Below, one piece after another: positions 49,643-61,600 of a DNA stretch of 64,000 nucleotides. The DNA is from Haliotis rubra. Its lineage: Eukaryota. How positions within the stretch are numbered: position 1 is the first letter of the stretch; the number at the start of each line of letters is the position of its first letter. Both the position numbers and the translations under genes were made by a program. The notes below the pieces were generated by a model. That model was not told the DNA's origin. It did no database searches and worked only from the letters and a program-made list of their open reading frames with translations. The stretch covers positions 124,001-188,000 of the forward strand of contig NW_025765136.1 in assembly GCF_003918875.1 (NCBI RefSeq), written 5' to 3'.

Positions 49643-52600
49643 ATGGAGAGAAAAAGTACCGCCAAATTGTCGGAACTACAGCAGATAGAGAAAGGAGTGC
49701 AAGCAAGATGGGAAAAGTTGAAAATCTTTGAAGAAGATGCTCCTCCAAGTGGGTCAGCAGAGGCAAAGTGAGTTTAAAGCTGGGTCTTAAAATATATTTT
49801 AACAACCTGTAGTGCTTTTACAAGAACTGAGGATATAAGGGTGTATATAAGGGTGTTTGTCATCATGGGTGACACGTAAGAAATGGTCAGGCTCGTAGAC
49901 TTGGTTGATGCCAGTCAACATATCCCATTTGCACAGAATGATGCTGATATTTCTCATGATGTCATTCGCTGGAATGTCTGGCATTTCAAGAGATCACGAA
50001 TAATGAAATAGTTTCTTGAAGGAATAGGGTTTAATTCACTGTAGGGCTGGGACGGGTCCAAATTTTCTACCTGGGTACCCCACCCCTATTACCCTACCCT
50101 ACCCGGATACCCATTATTGTAAATTCCTGACATCAAATTTGGAAGAAATGGCATATATTCTTCAGCTCAGAGGCTAAAATTCTGACTTTTTCAATATCTT
50201 AATCATGTATTATATTCAAAACAGGTGACTGTAAATTATGTCTAAATCTTCAAAGACAATACAACTTTTAAATCATGAAAGAATAACATATTACATTGTT
50301 TAATCTATTAGTCACATGATCATAACGAGTCCGGGTATTGAGACGGGTACCTGGGTCCAACTCATTACCCACCCGTCTCGGGTATCTGTGTTTCCCATCC
50401 CAGTCCTAATTCACTGAATATACAAGTAAATCAAAACAGCCCTGCAATTGAGTGGGGCTTTTGCACAACAATCATACAACATTGATGAAACAAACAATAC
50501 AATCTGATAATGTTTTGTTTATATAGACTAACATAGCATGTATAATAAATCTGTTTCAGACAAGAGAAGTACTTGGCGACATTCCCCTTTCCATACATGA
50601 ATGGCCGTCTTCACCTTGGCCACACGTTCTCGCTGTCCAAATGTGAGGTGGGATATATATCTGGTCATACTTTAAACCCTTCTTTATATTAGCATGTAGA
50701 GCTTACAATAGCTGTATGAATTAGTGCCTGTTTAGAATCGTACTTCTTTTAAGTGGTGCCTAAACAATAGCGATTTGAATCTATGATAATTGTTAAACAA
50801 CTTTTATCCAAAGTTGAATAAAATTCTGAGATTTAGATGTTCAACTGGCAAGATAAAATTATGACAATTCGCAATCTTAATTACACTTTATTCGATTTAC
50901 TTTTTTGTTTAAAGTGAAATTCATTGGTACGTTTTCACTACAAACAGACTATACATATAGAATTGAAAAGTTTCACCTTCAATATTTTTTTAATGCATGA
51001 TATTTGTGACACCACTTGCATGTTTCAGTTTGCTGTGGGGTACCAGAGGATGCTTGGGAAGAAGTGCCTGTTTCCATTTGGTTTCCACTGTACTGGCGTG
51101 CCAATCAAGGTGAGTAGCAAAGAAGAAGGAACATCGAATCTGTTGCCACTAAAGTGTTTCAGGGGTGGAAATAACCCATTGCCCGACGTCCGAGTCCAGT
51201 GTCTTTTTCTGTCGGGCAAGCAAATTTGTATATCACACTGTACCGGTGTCCAGTTGACTTTCCAATGTTTATTATGTTGTTTATTTAAAAAATCAGCAAG
51301 AAAACGGTTGGTAAAGTGGGAAAATTATCAGGGCAAGTGACTTTACATGTGCCACTGTACCTGGAGTACACTAGCAATTTTAAAGTTATTTCCACCCCTG
51401 TGTTTACAGATATGTTAGTAATAGAATCTTCAAGGGGCCAGTGTTATATGATATACCTGTCGTAAGAAGTACTTCGTCAGAAACTAACATTATAAATTTG
51501 GACTTGTATTGATAGAGGTCTGGTTTAGTAAGGTTCTGTTTTGGGGAGATGTCACTATACATGATTTGTGAGGTGATAGCAGGTGCCCATGTTTACCAGG
51601 CATGTGCAGATAAGCTGAAGCGGGAGATGGAAGACTATGGATTCCCCTCCTCCAGGTTTCCCCTCGAGACCACGGAGGAGGAGGTGGCGCCCACAGAAAA
51701 GGATGTCGTGATCAAGGACCAGGCTGTGGGCGAGAAGGTGAGGCTACTCTTGTAATATTTTACAGTATAAATTTTTCTGCAAGCTGATTGGCTGGGGTTG
51801 GACACGTTGAAAATAGTTTATCTGAGTGTTAGGCTATTGTATGAAGTAATTTGTGTTGATTAGTGAAAGTAAACATGAGCACGAGTTGTAATCTCCCCAA
51901 GGAGTTGAGATTGAAAATACGATGTGCTGTTGAGATTGACATCCAGTGATCGAGGGAACAGACAAAGCCCTTTGAGCATGCATGTAGATGGGATGGACTA
52001 TAGTGCTATATAAATACCCATATAATAATAATAATAATAATAATAAATGCTAAAAATGTCTTCATGCAGAATGTTTACCAGTTTGTAAGTACAGACTGTT
52101 GTGTTAAAGTTAAGTAACCTACACTTAAGTATCTCAGAGGTTTGACACAAGGGCAAAATGATGAACAGATAACGAGCTCCCAGTTTGTTTTCTTTCAACA
52201 CGTTCAAGATAACTGTAAGTTTGACTGTAGCATATTTGTGTTTGTATATCTGAGAGGGCTCTGATCTGATGATTATTTTTAGACCGCCGCTGCTGAGTGC
52301 GGCGTAAAACTAAACTCACTCACTCACTCTGATAATATCGTACATGATCATGTGTTCCTTTCAGAGTGAAGTGTTGGCGGAAACTGGTGGTCTTGAATAT
52401 CAGTGGCAGATCATGGCTGCCCTAGGACTGACCAATGATGAGATCAAATCCTTTGCTGACCCTGTACACTGGCTGAAGTACTTCTCCTCTCACTGCAAGA
52501 GTGACCTCATCAGATTGGGAGTCAGGGTAGGTGATTACTGGTGGGGGTGACAGTGTGTTGGGTTGGGAGTCAAGGAAGGTGATTACTGGATGGGGTGACA

Positions 52601-55600
52601 GTATGTTGGGGTGGGAATCAGGGTAGGTGATTACTGGTGGGGGTGACAGTGTGTTGGGATGGGAGTCAGGGTAGGTGATTACTGCTGGGGGTGAGAGTAT
52701 GTTGAGGTGGGAGTCAGGGTAGATGATTACTGTTGGGGTTGACAGTGTGTTGGGGTGGGATTAGGGGTAGGTGAATACTGCTGGGGGTGACAGTATGTTG
52801 AGGTGGGAGTCAGGGTAGATGATTACTGTTGGGGTTGACAGTGTTTTGGGGTAGGGGTAGGTGAATACTGCTGGGGGTGACAGTATGTTGGGGTGGGAGT
52901 CAGGGTAGATGATTACTGTTGGGGTTGACAGTGTGTTTGGGTGGGAGTCAGGGTAGATGATTACTGCTGGGGGTGACAGTGTGTTGAGGTGGAAGTCAGG
53001 GTTAAAGGTCACATGCAACATAAAACACAACTTTGCAGATTCTGATACCTTTCGGTATGGACTAACGACACAAAGTGTCAAAAATGCAAATTCAACTTAC
53101 AAAGTTGAAAAATAACGCAATGAAAAAAACCGCGCGAAAACGTTTCACTAATTTTCCCCAGACTTTTCTGGGGAATACGGGTTTCAACAGCTGGGCTGCG
53201 CTCATAGCACGTGCGCAGTGAAATAGGTTCGCGCAACTTGGAAGCGGGCTGTCTGGTGAATACCGGTGAAGGCTTTGGTGTGAGCTATTTTCATAATGTT
53301 TTGTTGATATCTCACAGGCACGAGCTTTTTGTATGTTATGACAGTAAATAAACTGTTTATATAATTTCATTTGTCTATTTCACCACACATTCTTCTTACC
53401 GAGTCACTTTCTCAGTTCGATACTTAAAAGCAATGTCATTATTTAGAGTTGACACAATTTCTAACTGTGATATAGATATGTCGCTGTCACAGACAAAACT
53501 CAATGTCTTGTTTTATTGACACCTGTGTGTCTGCCTGACTGTCTGCTAATGACAATATTCAATACACAACTGCGATCACTGACCACATGCAATTTGAACT
53601 TAACACCAATCAGGCTATACACCATAAACAAAACGCATTGATTTATGGCCCGAGTTCGGTCTCTGTCACATTATGTAATTACACAGACAGGCAGGTGTGA
53701 TACTTGAACACATGACATGTTATGATATCTGTTGATTGCAAAATGTTATACACAAGAAATGAGCATGTATTTACAAAACCCAACTTTCTATGTATACACA
53801 CACAATGAGCCGTGAAGGCGGCATCTGCTAATGAACCAGCCGTTACACTTGAGTGCACACCCACCCGCTCTGACTGGGTTCGGTATCCCGGCTGCTTCGT
53901 TTCGAGGGAGGTAAACCCAAGTACAAAATATTGCACTTTTGATTTGCGATTATACGCTTATAATTTTGTTTATTTGTTTTTTCATAATCAGCAATGCATA
54001 TTATATGTCATGAAGAAGTGATAATTGTGTTTTATTTATGTTTGATTTTTTGGTTGCATGTGACCTTTAATGATTTCTGTTGGGGTGACAGTGTGTTGGG
54101 GTGGGAGTAGGGGTAGGTGAATACTGCTGGGGTTGACAGTATGTTGGGGTGGGAGTCAGGGTAGATGATTACTGCTGGGGGTGACAGTGTTTTGGGATGG
54201 GAATCAAGGTAGATGATTACTCCAGGGGGTGACAGTGTCTTAGGATGGGAATCAAGGCAGATGATTAATGCTGGGGGTGACAGTATGTTGGGGTGGGAGT
54301 CGGGGTAGGTGATTACTGCTGGGGTTGACAGTGTCTTAGGATGGGAATCAAGGCAGATGATTACTGCTGGGGGTGACAGTATGTTGGGGTGGGAGTCAGG
54401 GTAGGTGATTGCTGCTGGGGGTGACAGTATGTTGAGGTGGGAGTCAGGGTAGGTGATTACTGCTGGGGGTGACAGTGTGTTAGGATGGGAATCAGGGTAG
54501 GTGATTACTGTTGGGGGTGACAGTATGTTGGGGTGGGAGTCAGGGTAGGTGATTACCGCTGGGGGTGACAGTGTGTTAGGATGGGAGTCAGGGTAGGTGA
54601 TTACTGCTGGGGGTGACAGTATGTTGGGGTGGGAGTCAGGGTAGATGATTACTGCTGGGGGTGACAGTATGTTGGGATGGGAGTCAGGGTAGGTGATTAC
54701 TGCTGGGGTGACAGTATGTTGGGATGGGAGTCAAGGTAGATGATTACTGCTGGGGGGGATGACAGTATGTTGGGGTGGGAGTCAGGGTAGGTGATTACTG
54801 CTGGGGGTGACAGTGTGTTGGGATGGGAGTCAGGGTAGATGATTACTGCTGGGGGTGACAGTATGTTGGGGTGGGAGTCAGGGTAGGTGATTACTGCTGG
54901 GGGTGACAGTGTGTTAGGGATAGGGAACTGCTGGGGGGTCAGGGTAGGTGATTACTGCTGGGAGTGACAGTATGTTGGGGTGGGAGTCAGGGTAGATGAT
55001 TACTGTTGGGGGTGACAGTATGTTGGGATGGGAGTCAGGGTAGGTGATTACTGCTGGGGGTGACAGTGTGTTAGGATGGGAGTCAAGGTAGATGATTACT
55101 GTTGGGGTGACAGTATGTTGGGGTGGGAGTCATGGTAGGTGATTACTGCTGGGGGTGACAGTGTGTTGGGGTGGGAGTCAGGGTAGATGATTTCTGCTGG
55201 GGGTGACAGTGTGTTGGTGTGTTGTGGGAGTCAGGGTAGATGATTACTGCTGGGGGTGACAGTGTGTTGGGGTGGAAGTCAGGGTTAATGATTTCTGTTG
55301 GGGTGACAGTGTGTTGGGGTGGGAGTAGGGGTAGATGAATACTGCTGGGGGTGACAGTATGTTGGGGTGGGAGTCAGGGTAGGTGATTACTGCTGGGGGT
55401 GACAGTATGTTGAGGTGGGAGTGATGGTAGGTGATTACTGGTGGGGGTGACAGTGTGTTGAGGTGGGAGTAGGGGTATTTGATTACTGCTGAGGGTGGCA
55501 GTGTGTTGAGGTGGGAGTAGGGGTATTTGATTACTGCTGGAGGTGGCAGTGTGTTAGGATGGGAATCTTTAACTGAGAGTGTTATCTCAAATCTTGCTTC

Positions 55601-58600
55601 AACCTGGATTATGTTTCTTCATTTATCTTATACCATATGTATGCTCATGAGATAGATATCTCAAATCTTGCTTCAGACTTTATGTTTCTTCATTTGTCTC
55701 TTACAGTATGTGATGCTCTGAAATTCTGCAAAGAGGCATAGAGGCCAAATGAGTTACTCCCTCACTTACAAACTCTCTGATTGGCTGCTGCAGGTTGACT
55801 GGAGGAGGAGCTTCATGACTACTGATTACAACCAGTACTTTGATTCCTTCGTCCGCTGGATGTGTATCAGGCTGAAGGAACGGGGCAAGTGCAAGTTTGG
55901 GAAAAGGTGGGAGATGTGATTGGACTGTGAATACAAATGGAGGGTGGTGGGGTAGCCTAGTGGTTGAGGCCTCGCTCATCGCAACGAAGACCCGGGTTCG
56001 ATTCCCCAAGTTGGAACAATGTGTGAAGCCCATTTCTGGTGTCCAATTCTCAAGATATTGCTGGAATATTGCTAAAAGCGGCATAAAACTAAACTCGGTC
56101 ACATTCATAAGGACACAGGATTTTGGAATCCTTCATTTTGCTATATATATATACAAAAAATGAGCTTGTCAGTTGGGGCGCTAAACTGGTATCAGATAGG
56201 ATGTTATTGTATGTTACACCAATGCTTGTACGGGTTATAAACAAAAATTTAGATCCAGGCCAGGAGTGATCTTTAGCAGCGTATGTTTTCGTAAGCGGTG
56301 ACTTACGAGATCGGGTAGGGAAGCCTAATACTGATTAGGTTAGTGTTGCGGCCTTGGATTTACCCTCTATGTCAATGAGAATAAAGGCTGCGGGTGTGAG
56401 GTCACTCGTTTATTTTGAGGATTTAGTGGATAGCAGTAGATATCAGTTGATATCAGTAGACGCTCCTGTGGGTGACACGGAAGTGTTGCTACCGGCGGTC
56501 AACCCTCCGCAAACTACAGGATTGTAATACCTTAGAAGTAGCTTATCATGTACTATGTTGATTTGCTGTCACATCAAGTGATCACATGTGCTGAGCTCAT
56601 AAGGTGACGGTGACAAGTGCTGTGTAAGTGAAAAATGGCTGATGACCTATGATTTGAAACAAGCCAATCCCAATGAACCAGGTGATCATTACAAATCACA
56701 TCACTGACAGTAAGATAGAATAACCTAATTGCCCTATGACCTTGTAATGGAATGATCCAAAACAATCAGAGACCTGCATTAAGCACTTAAAATACTACTT
56801 GCCGACAACTGCTTATTGTGAACACACTGAACCTCTGTTGAACCCAAAACAACACAGATGTATATACATTTTGATAAAAGATACGCAACACATGAAGTTA
56901 ATATAAATGCTTTTATTTCACCCTATGCATGTCATCGTATGCTTGAAATGTCCATCACTGGATTGTCAGGTCCAGACTCAATAATTTACAGACCATGATC
57001 AGAGCTGGATTATTGTTGAGTGTTGCATTAACAATTAATTGTAATGCGTATGAAAGGCTTTTCTTAGACTGAATAATGTCCTTTATACATGTGTACAGAC
57101 GTTGATGTTCTAAATGTACGTCAGGTACGTTTTGTTACAGGTACACCATCTTCTCCCCTAAAGACAACCAGCCCTGTATGGATCATGACCGTAGTTCAGG
57201 GGAGGTAAGTGGGGCTTATAATCCAGTACCACATTCCAGCTTAGAGGTGAGGTGAGGTGAAATTGGGTTTAACGTCGTGCTTGAGAATATTTCTCTCATA
57301 TGACGACGTGCATGCGTGTGTATGTGTATGTGCGGCTGCTTGTACTAGCCCAGACTTAAGCTGGTTTTATAGTGCTAGCCCACTGAGATACCATGCCGCA
57401 GTGAAGCATGAATACCCCAACAAGTACCATAATTTAACGTCTTTTGGTATGACGTGGTCAGGGATTGAACCCGCGACCTTCCGCTCTCTGGGTGGATGCT
57501 CTAACCACTACACCACGGAGGCGGTCCTCCAGCTTACAGATGACTTAGCATGTCATCACCTCCAAATGCTGACTTGCTTATCATTTGTTAACAAAAGCCT
57601 ATATTCTGATACTCGTGATGATCCGGGTTAGAATTGGATGGGTGGTCAGGCTTGGTTGACACATGTCATTGTATTCTAATTGTATAGATTGATGCTCATG
57701 CAGTTGATCAGTGTCTTGTCCAGACTCGATAATTACATTCTGTCGTTATATAGCTGGAATACTGCTGTGTGTGACGTGAGACAACAAACCAACCAAGCCA
57801 TATTCTGAAATCAGATGAGTCTGACCTAATGCAAGGTTTTCGGTGCACTCTTCATATTGTTTTGCGCAGTATATATATATGTTACTACAACTTGGGCTGA
57901 CTATCGATATTGATCATAGAGACAGATAATCATTAACTAAATATTGATCGATTGTCGATAAATATCAGAGACATAACTTTGAACAAAAATGTCTGACAAA
58001 TGAATATACTTCACATCATTGGCAAGTGGTGACATGTTTTTGTATAGATTATAAACAAAACAGAATACTGAACATAATTTAGAAGCAGACCATAAATAAA
58101 GTCCTAAACCTTTTTCTATCACAAAAGTTCATGTACGATATTATCGATAACACAATTTTCATGTCAATAATCATTTATAATCTTTACTATTGACGATATT
58201 TTCAATTATTGATAATTTTAGCCAGCCCTAACTGTAACAGTGAGTGAATAGTAACAGCCCTAATGGTGATTATTATTTTTTATTTTATTCATAAGATCAC
58301 TGCAATATTTCAGGGTGTGGCACCTCAAGAGTACACACTGATTAAGATGAAACTCACTGAACCTCTGCCTCAGAAACTCAGGTGAGTGTTTTGTTACCAT
58401 GGTTACAAAATTTCAGTGTAAGTTTTGTTATGTTATTCAAGCTCTCATTGTTATCAGTGTGTGAAATATTCTCAAAATATTGATGGACAGGTGGGCAAAC
58501 TGAACTTAAAACTTTCTGGTCATCTTCCAATTTCATTATCTTAATTTATGTGTAACAGTTATTTTTTTCCGAAATTCATTTATGGGAAGGTTTGATAGAT

Positions 58601-61600
58601 TATATTTCTTATATTTTTGGTAGTTGCATTGATCTTTAGAAATGGGAGAATCTTTTCTGTTCTGATCAAATGAGTGCATAAAAAATAACATGAAATCTCA
58701 GTATCAACTCTGGCTTGTCAGGGCTCCAGCTAATTATTTTGACTCAGTCATATTTACAAATATAATGAAATTATTTATTGACTGGTCAAGTATTATCGGG
58801 ATGAGTTTTAAAACTGACATATTCATGTGAGCACTGTTTGGGGACTGGTCTTTTATTATAGGGTGGCTGTCCTGAAAAATGGTTACATGGGAGATGATGA
58901 AAGTCATGAAAACATACTACAGAAAATGGTGTTGGGGTGTTAGCTAAGTATGATACAGCACTAAGACCAATGACATCGCACACACAGCTCACCACAAAGC
59001 CCGCACACACACTCACCACCCACACTCACACACAATGCCCACGCCCCATGCCAACATGCACACCCACCCCACACCACTGCACGACACCCACACACCTTAA
59101 TAAATGACCAGTTCCTTGACTTTACTATTCAAGTCATTTGGTGTGAAGGGAAAAATAGCCATGAAAAGAGTTGGCAAGGAGGTAACTTTGACCTCCCAAA
59201 TGATCATGCCCTTTGGGTTTGTCATATTCATTTTATTTCAGCCAATATATATGCTTCGTTTCTTTCATTCCACAGTTCTCTGACGGGTCGTCCGGTGTTC
59301 CTGGTTCCTGCAACTCTGCGCCCAGAGACCATGTTTGGACAGACAAACTGTTGGTTGCATCCGGACATGAAGTATGTGGCCATAGAGATTGTGACTGGAG
59401 AGGTGTTTGTGTGCACACGCAGAGCAGCACGGAACATGAGCTACCAGGGATTCACAGCGGTCAATGGAGAGTACAAGGTCCTGGTGGAACTCGTGGGACA
59501 GGTACGGCATGTTGATACAGGTAGAGACAGGTAGATAGGTTGCCGGACTCAGAGACTTGGTTCATGTCTGCATACTCTTGGGGGGGTGGGGTAGTCTAGA
59601 GGTTAAAGCACTGGCTCGTCACGCCATGTGTGAAGCCCTTTTCTGGTGTCCCCCGCCATGATATTGCTGAAATATTGCTAAAAGCATTGTAAAACCACAC
59701 TCACTCAAGGATAGTAACTGTAAATATGAATCATTTGATTGTCTGGTCCAAGCACAAATATAAATACAGGTCATCATGATGTAGCTCAGGGTTCGCACGG
59801 GCTTGAAAACGCCTGAAATTTGGACATTTAACCCCGAAAGGCCATACATTTATTTTAGCTTTCAAAAGGCCCTAAATGCCAGTGATTTGCCCTAAAATGG
59901 TCCCATATTTAGCAAAACTTGTCAAGTTAGGATTTTACAGAAAACTAATACATAATAAATTGTAGCTTGCAATGACAATGGGCGTTAATTAATCTCCATT
60001 GCCCCTTTATACTTTCGGCCAGATTTTCAAATTTAAAGTGTTGATTAGGCCTTGAAAACAGCCTAAAAACTTGTTAAATTTGATGGCTGACAATCTGTCA
60101 AACCCTGTTGCTGGAATACAGCTGAGAGACACATCATCGACAGGTAGTCAAATGTATTGTCCACTGAGCTACCTGGTGTGATCCTTCATCTGCCAGAACC
60201 CATCTGTACTAGAGTGAGTGAGTGAGTATTGTTTTACACCGCTTTTAGCAACACTCCAGCAATATCATGACGGGGGACACCAGAAATGGGCTTCACACCT
60301 TGTACCCATTTGGGGAATCGAACCCAGGTCTTCGGCGCGACGAGCGAACACTTTACTCACCAGGCTACCCAACCGCCCCCAATTTGTACCAGAGCCTTTT
60401 ACCTAAGTGATTACTGTCTACATCCTGGGTCACTCTGTGGACACCCCAGTTGTGTAAACTCCAACAGAAGGATAACTGCAACACAAAAAGTAATATTCAG
60501 ACCATATTGTGCACGCTTTATTTGGTGAGTGCACAGGCGCGTAGCAAGCCATTTTTTTGTGTGTAAGCCCGATAGAGCAAGGTAAAGCAGTATTTCTGGT
60601 GCCATTTCTATCAGCATAATTTCTGGTTAATTTTCAGGACGTGATGGGTCATGCCCTGTCAGCGCCTCTGTCAGCGTACAAGACAATCTACACCCTGCCA
60701 ATGCTGACCATCAAAGATGATAAAGGTAGGAAGATACTGTCAATGAAGTGGCCCTCCACTATTGTTCATACACAACGAATTTCAACTCATACAGTCAGTA
60801 CATGGCCAATTTCATACATTTTAACTTACAATGCAACACAGCTGTATTAATATATACACAGTACTACACAGAGCTACACAGTACTACACACAGCTACACA
60901 GTACTACACAGCTACACAGTACTACACAGCTACACAGTACTACACAGAGCTACACAGCACAACACAGTACTACAGAGCTACACAGTACTACACAGAGCTA
61001 CACAGTGCTACACAGTACTACACAGAGCTACACAGAGCTACACAGTACTACACAGAGCTACACAGTACTACACAGAGCTACACAGTACTACATTTCTGAG
61101 GGTGTCCCCACAGTACTACACAGAGCTGCTACACACTACAGTAATCACAGAGCTACAAAGTACTACACAGTACTACACAGAGCTCTTAGTACTACACAGA
61201 GCTACATTGCTACACAGTACTACACAGAGCTACTCAGTACTACACAGTACTACACATTGCTACACAGTACTACACAGAGCTCTTAGTACTACACAGTACT
61301 ACACATTGCTACACATTGTACTACACAGTACTACGCACATTGCTGAACAGTACTACACACTACACAGTGCTACACAGTACTACACATACACAGTGCTACA
61401 CACACAAAGTGCTACACACACTAAGTACTACACAGAGCTACACAGTACTACACATTGCTGAACAGTACTACACAGAGCTCACAGTACTACACAGTACTAC
61501 ACATTTGCTACACAGTACTACACACACAGTGCTACACAGTACTACAGTACTACACATTGCTGCACAGCTACTACAGTGCTACACATTGCTACACAGTACT

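Noticed and set aside
52513-55568. Possible CRISPR-like array
   Set aside because: Units are contiguous with no unique spacers, there are no cas genes, and the context is a eukaryotic intron.
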